A DNA stretch of 64,000 bases from Pseudomonadota bacterium (GTDB taxonomy: Bacteria > Bdellovibrionota_B > Oligoflexia > Silvanigrellales > Silvanigrellaceae), in assembly GCA_039799905.1 (NCBI GenBank), contig JBDLRP010000041.1:32001-96000 (forward strand), read 5' to 3'. The notes under the pieces are model-generated. The model did no database searches. It was given only the letters and a program-made list of their open reading frames with translations, and was not told the origin of the DNA. The translations under genes and the position numbers were made by a program. The first letter of the stretch is position 1; every line of letters starts with the position of its first letter. Positions 1 to 9,822 of this stretch are shown one piece after another.

Positions 1-546
1 ACTGGTCTGCAAAGCAAAATGACCGACGTGTCGCAGATTGCTGAATCTCCCACATTCAACCAGCAAATCTGGGACACACTCAAATTCACCCACAAGACCA
101 ATGGCATGACTCCGTACGTCACTGCTTTTACTGCAGCTCAGAACATGCTGATCGCTGAGAAAAAAGCTGAGGACAAGAGACAAGGGTTGATGATCATTGT
201 GACAGACGGACTTCCGACAGACCGCGTACCGAGCGCGATAAAAGCGGCGCGAAAAGCATTAGGAGCAGACACGCGGGTCGTTCTGATGTCCATCTACGGC
301 GATGACAACATCAACGATGAAGAGCAAAATAAGGCTCCAAAAGAACAATTGGCTTCTCTGTTCAAAAATGACAGCTTTAAGTGGGGACAAGAAGAACACT
401 CAAGTTTCGATTCCTATTGGAACGCCCTGCTTGCGATCCCAAACTCGAATGAAGTCCGCGATGACTTCATCAAAGTCAACTCTAATAAACTTAAAAAGAG
501 CGTCGATGAGCTCCTGGACAGATATTTGAAGTGCAAGAAAAAATGA
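1..546 (+). CDS. von Willebrand factor A (vWA) domain protein, probably 5'-truncated by the window edge
   Basis: Frame is open from position 1. Motifs GMTPY and LMIIVTDGLPTD match the Thr and Asp (hhhhTDG) elements of a vWA MIDAS site; the DxSxS element would lie upstream of the window. Confidence 0.7.
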   Translation, partial: TGLQSKMTDVSQIAESPTFNQQIWDTLKFTHKTNGMTPYVTAFTAAQNMLIAEKKAEDKRQGLMIIVTDGLPTDRVPSAIKAARKALGADTRVVLMSIYGDDNINDEEQNKAPKEQLASLFKNDSFKWGQEEHSSFDSYWNALLAIPNSNEVRDDFIKVNSNKLKKSVDELLDRYLKCKKK

Positions 547-2307
547 TCACCGCCGCAGAGGCGTGAGTGAGCGCGGAAGTGCGGCCGGAGTGTTTTCGCC
601 TCCGGCCGCATCCTTTGCAGACTGGCCCGATTTATTTGCCGAGTTCTCCTGCAATGAGGAAGTTCTTACAGAAGAGCTTCCCTGACCGCCGTCATCGCTG
701 CGATTGACCTTTTCAACGTAAATGGGAATCACCACTTCACGGGTCTGCCCCGGTTCTAGGAACAGGGATTGACGCGATTTGCTGCGCTCGAGCAGCGGGT
801 CACCAACAAAATAGGTGAGATCGTAACTTCCGGCCGGAACGTAAACTTCGTCAGGTTTGTGGAAAAGCAAATCCAAAGAGCGTCCGAATGTACTTTGCCC
901 GCGGCTTTCAATACGCACGAGATCTGTGCGGTAACGACCTTGGGCTAGCCGCACATCCCATTTCAAGCGCACCCGTGCCAATGGTTCACCAGCAAGATTT
1001 TCGGCACGTCGCTGCAGCGTTCGCTTAATACCACGCAGTCCCTCGACTCCATATTCATAGGTGCCCTCAAGCAAGAGAAAGGGCAAACGTGGCTCCACCA
1101 GCATCAACGCATAAGGCTTTTGGTCGCGGTGAATGGTGATCCTTGGCGGGCTCTTGCAGCTTTTCAAGGTGTCAGGACACGGAGGAACATCGACACGAGC
1201 CGCAAAAGTTTTAATGAGAGTCTTTTCACCGCCCTCAACCTGAACCGTATCCTGAACTTCGGAACCTTCGAGTGAAACCGTGTAGCTTCCCGGGAACACA
1301 AGATAGTCGGTATCGAGGTTCATGAGAGCACCCGTGTCCAAGTAAACAAACACAGGCTGACCTCCGGCTTTAAGGCGATCTTCAATTGGAAAGTACGCCG
1401 GCATGTCGATACGCAACACCCCGACAGAGATCTCAATTCGAGCTCCCTGTTCGACGGTCACCTTGCGACGGGTACCGTTGACCTCAAGCGAATAATTCCC
1501 AATCAGCAGCCACATCGGATTATTTGCTGCAAGACTGACCGCCGAGACATCTTGCTTGGCATCTTTTTCTTCGGGCGTCAGATAAAATCGCGCCTGAATG
1601 TCGGGGAACTGCGAGTTGACCATAATGGGATAAAGATCAAGCAGAATAGGCTCGCTTGTTTCACCATGATTTTCGAGCGTCACAACACGCCCGCCGATGC
1701 GCATTTCGGTTGTCCCCGGCAGGATGTCGAATTGCCGGCGATTGGTCCACTCATTGCGCTGACGATCGAGCGGATCGACGCACATTGTGTGAACAACTCC
1801 GGTTGGACTCAGCGGAGAGGATGCGACAGCATTTTGCCCTCCATTTTCCGCGCTGGACACTCCCGCAGGCTGCGCCGGCTCCCCACCTGCAGACTCTGCC
1901 GCAGTCTGCGTAGGCTCTGCTTCTGCCGGCAATGCTTCGGGCTGCGGAGACTGCGCTCCTGCAGGAATTGCTTCGGACTGCGGAGACTGGGTATTTTCGC
2001 CATGCAATGTCAGCATCAAACGCCGCACGGGAATTTTGGTGGGCCGCTCACTTGAATGCTTGAACTCGTATCCGGAGCATTCGTTGGCGAGAAGGTACTC
2101 TCCTGCAACGAGCTCAATTGTTTCCCCGCCGCGAACCAATCCGACGGGGTTCATGACCTTTTGTCCCTGTCGGCCAACTTTGTTGTAGACAACGAGTTCG
2201 ACATCCTTGGGTGCGTCCAAGGTCAGAGTCTGCTTACGCAGTAATGTCAAATATTGACATCCGGTGAGAAGTCCGAGGCTGACTACCCACACAAACCAAT
2301 TTTTCAT
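547..2307 (-). CDS. Hypothetical lipoprotein with repeated PEGA-like beta-sandwich units
   Basis: 586-aa ORF with lipobox LLTGC. Recurring hhxGxYxhxhxG motifs (LVAGEYLL, LLIGNYSLEVNG, VFPGSYTVSLEG, LLEGTYEYGVEG, VPAGSYDLTY) and a low-complexity linker. Confidence 0.65.
   Translation of the reverse strand: MKNWFVWVVSLGLLTGCQYLTLLRKQTLTLDAPKDVELVVYNKVGRQGQKVMNPVGLVRGGETIELVAGEYLLANECSGYEFKHSSERPTKIPVRRLMLTLHGENTQSPQSEAIPAGAQSPQPEALPAEAEPTQTAAESAGGEPAQPAGVSSAENGGQNAVASSPLSPTGVVHTMCVDPLDRQRNEWTNRRQFDILPGTTEMRIGGRVVTLENHGETSEPILLDLYPIMVNSQFPDIQARFYLTPEEKDAKQDVSAVSLAANNPMWLLIGNYSLEVNGTRRKVTVEQGARIEISVGVLRIDMPAYFPIEDRLKAGGQPVFVYLDTGALMNLDTDYLVFPGSYTVSLEGSEVQDTVQVEGGEKTLIKTFAARVDVPPCPDTLKSCKSPPRITIHRDQKPYALMLVEPRLPFLLLEGTYEYGVEGLRGIKRTLQRRAENLAGEPLARVRLKWDVRLAQGRYRTDLVRIESRGQSTFGRSLDLLFHKPDEVYVPAGSYDLTYFVGDPLLERSKSRQSLFLEPGQTREVVIPIYVEKVNRSDDGGQGSSSVRTSSLQENSANKSGQSAKDAAGGENTPAALPRSLTPLRR
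1918..1989 (-). repeat. Imperfect in-frame 36-bp tandem duplication
   Basis: Encodes QSPQSEAIPAGA / QSPQPEALPAEA. TGCTTCGG(G/A)CTGCGGAGACTG occurs at 1933 and 1969. Confidence 0.7.
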
Positions 2308-2330
2308 GCCAGCGCCTTAACAGTAATGAA

Positions 2331-2723
2331 TCAAGGCTTGCAGCTTAACAGAGATTCCATTGAGAAGTAAGGCTGGGGTACGCTTTTCAAACGCCGGAGC
2401 GTACCGACGAGTTCGATCTTGGACTGCCCAGGACAGCCTACTTTGTGTGCGATCTGTTCGGTTCCGACCATAATCCGTCCGGTGTCGTCTTCCACAAGCA
2501 AATATGATTCGGCAGGACCAACGCCCTGAACTTTCCCGCTCAATTGAACGCGTGAACCGATGTATTCATCAGGATTCAGGCTGAGAACTTTGATTTTAGT
2601 AGGCGCTTTTGACTGCGGCACACAAGAGACAAAAAGCCCTGACAGCAACAAGCCAAGAATAAAAGCCGAGGGCCTTGAAAAAACCGCCCGCTTAAGAAGC
2701 AGACTGTACATTTTGTTTTTCAT
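2331..2723 (-). CDS. Small lipoprotein with OB-fold-like domain
   Basis: ATG at 2723 follows an AGGGGAG RBS; lipobox FVSC. Pattern YIGSRVQLSGKV...LLVEDDTGRI...IELVGTL is typical of OB folds. The longer ORF from 2981 overlaps cheW and is unlikely. Confidence 0.6.
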   Translation of the reverse strand: MKNKMYSLLLKRAVFSRPSAFILGLLLSGLFVSCVPQSKAPTKIKVLSLNPDEYIGSRVQLSGKVQGVGPAESYLLVEDDTGRIMVGTEQIAHKVGCPGQSKIELVGTLRRLKSVPQPYFSMESLLSCKP

Positions 2724-3237
2724 GACCAACTCCCCTGCTGAAAACATGTGACAAAATCGACTCCACATCGAGCAACGGGCGCACTGCCGTTCCCGATTTT
2801 GCGACTCCCGAAACGACCCGAAACTCATCTGTAAGATAACCCTGCGGCACAGACTCAATGTCCTTCTCGCCCAGCCAAAGAAACTCGGTGATTTCATCGA
2901 CGATGATGCCGAAGTCGTCTTCCTGCGGCCGAACAATGAGAACGCGCGTCGCAGGCGAAAGAACACCCTGTTTAAAGCCAAGCATCCGGCGGAGATTTAC
3001 GACCGGCATGATTTCACCGCGCAGGGCAATGACACCCTCGATCTCGCGTGTGGCCCGCGGAAGGAAGGCAATGGGGGGCGGCATGATGATTTCGCGGACG
3101 TCATCCACCGCAATCAAAAGCTCTTGCTCTGCCACTCGGAAAACAAGAAATTGCCTTCCCTGATGAATCACCGAGGGGGCTTCATCGAATCCGGTAGCAA
3201 GCCTTGCCTCGAGCTGTTTACGAAGATCTTCTATCAT
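2692..3237 (-). CDS. cheW: Chemotaxis coupling protein CheW
   Basis: FLVFRV...VREII...IEGVIALRGEIMPVVNLRRMLG...FGIIVDEI; overlaps the cheA stop. Confidence 0.93.
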   Translation of the reverse strand: MIEDLRKQLEARLATGFDEAPSVIHQGRQFLVFRVAEQELLIAVDDVREIIMPPPIAFLPRATREIEGVIALRGEIMPVVNLRRMLGFKQGVLSPATRVLIVRPQEDDFGIIVDEITEFLWLGEKDIESVPQGYLTDEFRVVSGVAKSGTAVRPLLDVESILSHVFSRGVGHEKQNVQSAS

Positions 3238-5845
3238 GCAGATACCTCTGTGCAGATTCCTTGTTGAAGACCTCTAAGATGTCGAGAACCAACGCAACAC
3301 GACCATCTCCAAGCAGACAACCACCCGCAACACCGGACTGGTTGCTGAGCAAGCGGCCCAGCGGCTTGATGACGATCTCTTGTTGACCGATGAGTTTGTC
3401 GACTACCAAACCAATCCGCTCGGGCCCTACGCCGACCACAACGAAGACGAGCCGGTCGCGTCTGCGCGCAAGTGTCGGCGTTTTCGTCGCTTCGCGGTAC
3501 CAAAAATCACCAGACACGGTGTTCATTCCGAGCACATCCGCAAATCGGACGAGTGGAATCACCTGTTCGCGCAGACGCACGAACTGAGAAGAACCCATGT
3601 ACTGAATTTCGGCTGGGTCAATGCGGATGCTTTCAATGACATTGACGAGTGGCACCGCAAAGCTTTCACCATTCACCTCAACAAACAGACTGGGAACAAT
3701 CGCAAGAGTGATCGGCAATTTAATTTGTATCTTGGTGCCTTGTCCTACAACGGAGTCGATTTCAATGACTCCTTTGAGCTTCTGAATGTTCTTCTTGACA
3801 ACATCCATGCCGACGCCACGGCCAGATATGTTTGTGACTTTCTCGGCGGTGGAAAATCCAGGTTCAAATATCAGATTAAAAATATCCTTGATTTCAGGAT
3901 TGTCGTGTTCGCGCAGCAATCCGTTCTTGATGGCCTTTGCGCGAATCCTTTCAACATCCAGCCCTTTTCCGTTGTCTTCAACGCAGATGACAATCATATT
4001 CCCCTGCTGTGCGGCGGAGATTCTGATTTGCCCTCTGCGGCTTTTACCGGCGGCTTCCCTCACATCTGCAGATTCGATTCCATGGTCGATACTGTTGCGG
4101 ATCAAATGAACGAGCGGGTCGCCAATTTCCTCGACCAGCGTTTTGTCGAGTTCGGTTTCACCGCCCTCGATGACAAGATCAACTTCTTTTCCGACCTGCC
4201 GCGAGAGATCACGAACCATCCGTGCAAACTTGTAGAAGACGTTGCCCACCGGGACCATCCGTACCTTCATGATGATGTTTTGCACTTCGTTCATGTGGCG
4301 CCCAAACAAGAGCAAACTCTCCGCCATCTGATGGCTGAGGTCCGCGCTTGCACCGCGCGTGCGCATGGCTTCTTCAATTCGAGCAAATCGTGTCCTGTCG
4401 ATAACCAATTCGCCGACAAGGTTGACGAGACTGTCAAGTTTCTTCAAGTCCACACGCAGTGTGGCCTGTGCATCGCTTTTTTGCGCCGCAGGTGTCATTG
4501 TCGCAGTTTGCGCCTGCTGATCATCGGTGCTTCTCTTCGCCTCGGGCGAGGGAGTAGAGGTTTCGCCCGTGCGAACACCCTTCTCAGCGTTGCTTAGATT
4601 CTTCAGGTAGCCGTCAATTGGAAGTTGCGGCGCACGCCCCTGTTGAAGCAGTGAAAAGAGTTCACGAACGAGGTCCCAGCCAACGAGCAGCTGGTCGATG
4701 AGCACTGGAGTTGCCTCCAGCTGATTTTTACGAATACGATCAAATGTATTTTCCAGCGCGTGGCAGAGCTTCTCGATGACGGAGAAGCCAAGCATGCCGG
4801 CTGTTCCCTTAATGGTATGCGCCGCACGAAAAATTGTTTCAATTGTCGACGAGTCGGAAGGATTCGCTTCAAGCTCCAAGAGCGACTGCGTGAGCGTCTC
4901 CAACAACTCTGACGCGTTGCTGAGAAAGTCGCTGACCATTTCAGGATCAGCACTCCCCATCTGCTCGAACGGTGGTGCATCGGAGTCTGCAGGCGAGGTC
5001 GGTTCGATTTCATGATCGTCAACCGAGGATTCTCCTGACAACTCCGCGGCGGCAGCAAATTCGGCGGAAGCACTGGTCGAAAGTTCAGACTTTTGGGCGG
5101 AGGAAAGCAGACCTGACCACTCCGCGCCGAGTGAATTGAGCGCCTGAAGGTCTTTCTGCAACGGCCGGACGGGTTGCTCAACGATCGCCTCGACCAAAGT
5201 CTGATCGAGCTCGGCTGCAAAGACAAGTAAAAACTTCGCAGCGTTGACTCTTTCAATCAAAACATCGCCGACGGGCTCGATCACGGCTCTGCACTGGCCC
5301 GCATCTCCCTGTGCAGAAAGAGCGAAAATGAACTCATCCCGCGACTGATACCTGACCCAGCGTTCTTTTTCCACTTCGCTCAAAGGCCTAACAGAATCTG
5401 TCTGCCCCACGGATGCAACCGAAGGCTCTTGCGCCTGAACGTGCGACTCTTCGCCGACACAAAACAGCTGTGCCTGATGTTCAAGTTCACTGAGAAGAAC
5501 GTCGTCGTCGGGGTTGAACTCGATGACAAGAAGTTTTTCAAGAATCAGCTGCGACTCGGCGAGTTGTTCGACACCGACCGTGTCCAGCACTGACTGACCT
5601 GCCCTAACTTGAGTCAGTCGATCCTCGAGCAGATGCAGCGCCGAGACCAACCGTGGTCTGTCCATAAGTTCACACAGACTTTTGAGTGTGTGCAACGCCC
5701 GGAACAGCGCATCGATGTCGTCACGAGAGACTGCCAGCTTTTGCTCGACAGTTACATTCAGGCGCAGACAAAGACGCGAGAACTGTTCAATCAGCTCCGC
5801 GCTCTCGGCCTTCAGTTCAGTGAGCATTTCTTGTGTTAATTCCAT
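3218..5845 (-). CDS. cheA: Chemotaxis histidine kinase CheA with two Hpt domains
   Basis: Hpt1 FRALHTLKS and Hpt2 FRAAHTIKG; dimerization LRVDLKKLDSLVNLVGELVI; HATPase HLIRNSIDHG, DNGKG, GFST, SGRGVGMDVV; C-terminal CheW domain. Confidence 0.95.
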   Translation of the reverse strand: MELTQEMLTELKAESAELIEQFSRLCLRLNVTVEQKLAVSRDDIDALFRALHTLKSLCELMDRPRLVSALHLLEDRLTQVRAGQSVLDTVGVEQLAESQLILEKLLVIEFNPDDDVLLSELEHQAQLFCVGEESHVQAQEPSVASVGQTDSVRPLSEVEKERWVRYQSRDEFIFALSAQGDAGQCRAVIEPVGDVLIERVNAAKFLLVFAAELDQTLVEAIVEQPVRPLQKDLQALNSLGAEWSGLLSSAQKSELSTSASAEFAAAAELSGESSVDDHEIEPTSPADSDAPPFEQMGSADPEMVSDFLSNASELLETLTQSLLELEANPSDSSTIETIFRAAHTIKGTAGMLGFSVIEKLCHALENTFDRIRKNQLEATPVLIDQLLVGWDLVRELFSLLQQGRAPQLPIDGYLKNLSNAEKGVRTGETSTPSPEAKRSTDDQQAQTATMTPAAQKSDAQATLRVDLKKLDSLVNLVGELVIDRTRFARIEEAMRTRGASADLSHQMAESLLLFGRHMNEVQNIIMKVRMVPVGNVFYKFARMVRDLSRQVGKEVDLVIEGGETELDKTLVEEIGDPLVHLIRNSIDHGIESADVREAAGKSRRGQIRISAAQQGNMIVICVEDNGKGLDVERIRAKAIKNGLLREHDNPEIKDIFNLIFEPGFSTAEKVTNISGRGVGMDVVKKNIQKLKGVIEIDSVVGQGTKIQIKLPITLAIVPSLFVEVNGESFAVPLVNVIESIRIDPAEIQYMGSSQFVRLREQVIPLVRFADVLGMNTVSGDFWYREATKTPTLARRRDRLVFVVVGVGPERIGLVVDKLIGQQEIVIKPLGRLLSNQSGVAGGCLLGDGRVALVLDILEVFNKESAQRYLHDRRSS

Positions 5846-6010
5846 CGTTCTTCTGCTCCTGTCTTTAATTTAGGCATTTCTGAACACATGGAATGGTTAT
5901 GCCTCGCCCACTGGGCTGGGAAATTGTCGGAGCTGGATGATTCTGCCCATCAAACTCCTTGACTGTGTTTTGATTGCGGGCAATTTCTGCTTGGGGGGAT
6001 TAAGTCCAAG

Positions 6011-6610
6011 ATGTTTGAAAAAATAATTCTTGCCAGCGCATCGCCGCGCCGGCGTGACCTGCTGACACAGGCGGGCTTTCGACACGAAGTACTTGTATCC
6101 AATATCGAAGAAAAGCGGCGCAGCGGCGAGCGACCCGAGGAATACGTGCAGCGCAATGCGCGAGAAAAGGCACTTGCCGTCTGCAGCACAAAGCCGCTTG
6201 CCGTCGCCAAGTCAATCGTCCTTGCAGCCGACACGATTGTCGTTGCGTTTGACAACGAAGTTCTGGAAAAGCCCGTCGATGCCGATGACGCTCGGAGAAT
6301 GCTCGGAAAATTGTCTGCACGCACACATCGTGTGATGACAGGCTATGCCCTGTGCAATGGAACCACCGGCGAGATCATGGAATGCAAAACTGTGCAGACA
6401 CAAGTTTTATTCCGGCAACTTTTTCCTGATGAAATTGAACGGTATATTTCCAGCGGAGAGCCTTTTGACAAGGCAGGCTCATACGGAATTCAAGGACAGG
6501 CGCTGACCTTTGTCGAATCTCTCGAGGGTAGCTATACAAACGTCGTAGGGCTGCCCATGGCACACGTTGTCATGGCATTGCGCCAATGGCTCCCTTTAAG
6601 TGACGACTGA
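6011..6610 (+). CDS. maf: Maf family nucleoside triphosphate pyrophosphatase (YhdE-like)
   Basis: ILASASPRRRDLL, AADTIV, LEKP, DKAGSYGIQG, NVVGLP. Confidence 0.95.
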   Translation: MFEKIILASASPRRRDLLTQAGFRHEVLVSNIEEKRRSGERPEEYVQRNAREKALAVCSTKPLAVAKSIVLAADTIVVAFDNEVLEKPVDADDARRMLGKLSARTHRVMTGYALCNGTTGEIMECKTVQTQVLFRQLFPDEIERYISSGEPFDKAGSYGIQGQALTFVESLEGSYTNVVGLPMAHVVMALRQWLPLSDD

Positions 6611-6622
6611 CGGTGAAATGCA

Positions 6623-7366
6623 ATGCACGAATCAATTGAAGGCGGCTGCGCGGATCGACTAAAAATCATTCAGTCGCGTATCGCCACAGCTCTGATCGGC
6701 AGTGGACGCAAGACTCAGGATGTGACTTTAATTGCCGTCAGCAAAGGTCACAGTGTGGAATCCATCCGCGAACTTTACAGATTGGGAGTGCGCGACTTCG
6801 GCGAAAGCTATGCCGGAGAATTCTGCAAAAAGTTTGAGGAAACAGTCGATCTTGCAGACATCCGCTGGCACTTCATCGGCCATCTGCAATCAAACAAAGC
6901 TAAGCGGGTTGCGCTTATGAGGCCGTTGATTCATTCTCTCGACAGGCCGAGTCTTTTGCGCGAACTCAGCAAGTTTGCCAGTCCGTCAGAACCGCTCAAA
7001 GTACTCGTTCAGCTGCAAATTGATCCCGATGACGTTAACAAGTCAGGATGCACAGCTGAGGAAGCACACGAGATATGCAGACAGCTTGCTCAAACACCCG
7101 GCTTGGAGTGGGAAGGATTCATGGGCATCGGCCCCGCATCGGCCTCGGCAGAAAAACTGATGTGGCTTTACGATCAGTTTCGCAGCAGGGCATTGCTTTT
7201 GTGGGACCAATATTCGCGCAGGGATCCCTCGCGCCGCACGAGGGAAGTCAAACTTTCACTTGGAATGAGTGACGATCTTGAAATCGCGCTGCGCAGTGGG
7301 TCGAATATAATTCGGGTTGGCTCTGCATTGTTCGGTCCACGACCCGGCAAAACTCAGGCCACCTGA
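6623..7366 (+). CDS. yggS: YggS family PLP homeostasis protein
   Basis: LIAVSK, FGESY, WHFIGHLQSNK, LSLGMSDD, RVGSALFG. Confidence 0.95.
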   Translation: MHESIEGGCADRLKIIQSRIATALIGSGRKTQDVTLIAVSKGHSVESIRELYRLGVRDFGESYAGEFCKKFEETVDLADIRWHFIGHLQSNKAKRVALMRPLIHSLDRPSLLRELSKFASPSEPLKVLVQLQIDPDDVNKSGCTAEEAHEICRQLAQTPGLEWEGFMGIGPASASAEKLMWLYDQFRSRALLLWDQYSRRDPSRRTREVKLSLGMSDDLEIALRSGSNIIRVGSALFGPRPGKTQAT

Positions 7367-8124
7367 GAGCTGCCATCCATAGACAGTGCGTATTCACGCA
7401 ATAAAATTTTCACGTCCAGCGGGTTGGATTCTGGTCTAATCTCGAGAATGCGCGCACAAAGACCGCTGATGTGCGCAGCCGCATAGCTTGATCCGGTCAC
7501 AAAAATAGATTGGTCTGCAGGCCCGGCGATCGGAACATTGACACCCAATGCAGAGAACTCAACCACACTGCCATGATGAAATCGGACCTGCATGGCGTGT
7601 GTGGCGGGCATCGCATTAACGCTGATGCAATATGTAAAGGTGGCAGGATACAGCCAATTTCCGACGTTGCTACACGCAGCAACAACCACAACATTCGACT
7701 CGTAAGCACGTTTCATCAGCGACACCAGCCATGGGAGATGATACTCGCTGGAGGTCCCAAGGCTCACATTGATGACCTGATATTTTTGATCGATGGCATG
7801 GTCCAAAACATAACAAAGAAGCGAGCTATCTGTGGCGTTGCTTTCATCAAGCACGCGAAAGTGATCCACCTCGGCTTCGGGCGCAACCGACATCAGACAG
7901 CTTTGTACCAAACTGCCGTGACCCGTCCGGTCTGAATTTTCGCCTTTTGGAAGATCCTTCAAAACGAGTCCCTTTGCTCCATAGGAGCAATCCACCATTC
8001 GGCCTGTCTTGCCGCGCAGCATAGGAAACTGCGGATTGATTCCGCTGTCGATGACCGCGACACGAACCTGAGAACCAGTTCCGAGCAGCAGACTTTGAAA
8101 AGTTTTTTTCATATCGATCTTCAT
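7354..8124 (-). CDS. S8 (subtilisin-like) serine peptidase, catalytic domain only
   Basis: Triad motifs VAVIDSG (Asp), GHGS (His) and TGSSYAAAH (Ser), plus VINVSLG. No signal peptide or prodomain is visible. Confidence 0.88.
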   Translation of the reverse strand: MKIDMKKTFQSLLLGTGSQVRVAVIDSGINPQFPMLRGKTGRMVDCSYGAKGLVLKDLPKGENSDRTGHGSLVQSCLMSVAPEAEVDHFRVLDESNATDSSLLCYVLDHAIDQKYQVINVSLGTSSEYHLPWLVSLMKRAYESNVVVVAACSNVGNWLYPATFTYCISVNAMPATHAMQVRFHHGSVVEFSALGVNVPIAGPADQSIFVTGSSYAAAHISGLCARILEIRPESNPLDVKILLREYALSMDGSSQVA

Positions 8125-8152
8125 GCGGGTATTCCTGTTCTGGTCTTACATC

Positions 8153-8692
8153 TCAGGATGCTGCTGCAGAAGCAGTTCGTGTGTTGCAAGGCACCTTGAG
8201 CTCCTGCCTGAGACCGCAAATTCCCTCGCGCGCGGCCGCGCACACTGCCTGATAATTTCTGGAACTGAGCGAGGGCACGCTGAATACGGCAACAGCAATG
8301 GGGTTATCAAAAACAACCACAGGCAGGTAAATTCTGCCCTGTGAGAAGTCCATGCTCATTTCGCGCCCCGACAGAGCCAGTCCGCACTGCAGCCGATCCG
8401 CTTCAAGCAGGGAAAGTTCATTCAACTGTCCCAAGCCCGAGAATGACCGCCCCGCAGGATCGAAGGACACTATTCCTCCGACAGCTCCGATTCGCCGCGC
8501 GAACTCGTTGAGCATTTCAATGACCGGTTCGGGGCTCGAAAGTAGCAACGCCTCGACCTCGTCTTCGGCCCTCTTGGCAAGCACCAGCAATTCGCGCTGG
8601 AGTTCTTCCATCTGCAAGAAGATGTCGGCAGGTTTGCCAGCTTGCGCCTGTGCACTTTCGTCTTTTCTGGGCGATGAAGGCTTGCGTGTCAT
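8153..8692 (-). CDS. Hypothetical protein, N-terminal coiled coil plus GAF-like domain
   Basis: ATG at 8692 has an AGGAG RBS (ORF track extends to 8761). Helical N-terminus, then IGAVGGIVSF...IYLPVVVFDNPIAVAVF, resembling a GAF fold. Confidence 0.5.
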   Translation of the reverse strand: MTRKPSSPRKDESAQAQAGKPADIFLQMEELQRELLVLAKRAEDEVEALLLSSPEPVIEMLNEFARRIGAVGGIVSFDPAGRSFSGLGQLNELSLLEADRLQCGLALSGREMSMDFSQGRIYLPVVVFDNPIAVAVFSVPSLSSRNYQAVCAAAREGICGLRQELKVPCNTRTASAAAS

Positions 8693-8919
8693 GTGCGAAG
8701 TCTCCTGTGACAATTCCCATCTTACCCGTTTTTTGCCCCTTGATAACGCAAGGAGTGACACCTTCCCGTCGGGTCAGATCTTGCCGGCTCCGCCGTTGAA
8801 CAACGCCGTTCATGCATTTTTGTGACAAATGACAATATCTTCCCCAAGGCCTATGCAAATTTCAGAATTTACAGTATTTTTCGAATGAATAACCGGTTTA
8901 TCAAAGGAAAAGGACCGAG

Positions 8920-9801
8920 ATGCTGCGGGTTCGACTTCTGACTGCATTTGTTTTTATCTTTGTTCTGCTCTGGTGTGTTTCCTTCAGCACCCACGAGATT
9001 ATCCCAGTCCTCTTCTTCATGTTTGGAACTCTGTTCGCCGGTGCGGAATTTATTGCCATGCGCTGGCACGTGATCGATGGACAGGCCTCCACAGAAAGGC
9101 CGCATCCCCTGCTGCGCCGTGAGCATTGGGGAATCGCCGCATGTTACGCCCTGTGTGTGCCGATTGAATTTTACGGCCCCAGATTACTAGGCCAACCGCC
9201 GGAATTCGGCACTTCGCTGGTGTTCGCATGGATTGCATTGTGCACGATCTGCGGCTCAGCGTTCTTCTACCGCCGCGAAATCGACCTTGAGCACTCAACG
9301 CACAAGCTCATGAACGTGCTGGCAGGGTTTGTCTACATCTCCATTCCGGGCGTCATCATGTTGAGGCTCAGTCAAATCAACATTGAGCAGGCGCCGAAGG
9401 GAATTGCTCTTTATTTCGCACTTGCCTGCATTCTGCTTGGTGATTCTGGAGCGTATTTTGTCGGCAGAACGATGGGACGCCACAAATTGATTCCAAAAGT
9501 TTCGCCCAAGAAAACAATTGAGGGTGCAATTGGCGGATTGGTCTTCAGCGCACTGACGGGGCTTTTCTTTTGCATTTATTTTATGAAGGAAATGTCGCCG
9601 GTGTGGGGTTTCGTAACGGCATTGGTGGTTGGCGCGGCCGGACAAGTCGGCGACCTCGCGGAGAGCGCTCTCAAACGAACTGCAAACGTCAAAGACAGCG
9701 GTAGCCTATTGCCGGGCCATGGCGGCATGCTTGACCGAATCGACTCCCTGCTGTTCGGTGTTCCACTGGCACACCTTTTGTTCCTGTCTTTCCATCGCTG
9801 A
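8920..9801 (+). CDS. cdsA: Phosphatidate cytidylyltransferase
   Basis: Multiple TM helices; DSGAYFVG, VSPKKTIEG, GDLAESALKR, KDSG.LLPGHGGMLDRIDS. Confidence 0.95.
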   Translation: MLRVRLLTAFVFIFVLLWCVSFSTHEIIPVLFFMFGTLFAGAEFIAMRWHVIDGQASTERPHPLLRREHWGIAACYALCVPIEFYGPRLLGQPPEFGTSLVFAWIALCTICGSAFFYRREIDLEHSTHKLMNVLAGFVYISIPGVIMLRLSQINIEQAPKGIALYFALACILLGDSGAYFVGRTMGRHKLIPKVSPKKTIEGAIGGLVFSALTGLFFCIYFMKEMSPVWGFVTALVVGAAGQVGDLAESALKRTANVKDSGSLLPGHGGMLDRIDSLLFGVPLAHLLFLSFHR

Positions 9802-9822
9802 AACGACACGAACTTTACCTGG

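Noticed and set aside
3380..4597. 405-aa plus-strand ORF
   Set aside because: Antisense shadow of cheA with no recognisable motifs.
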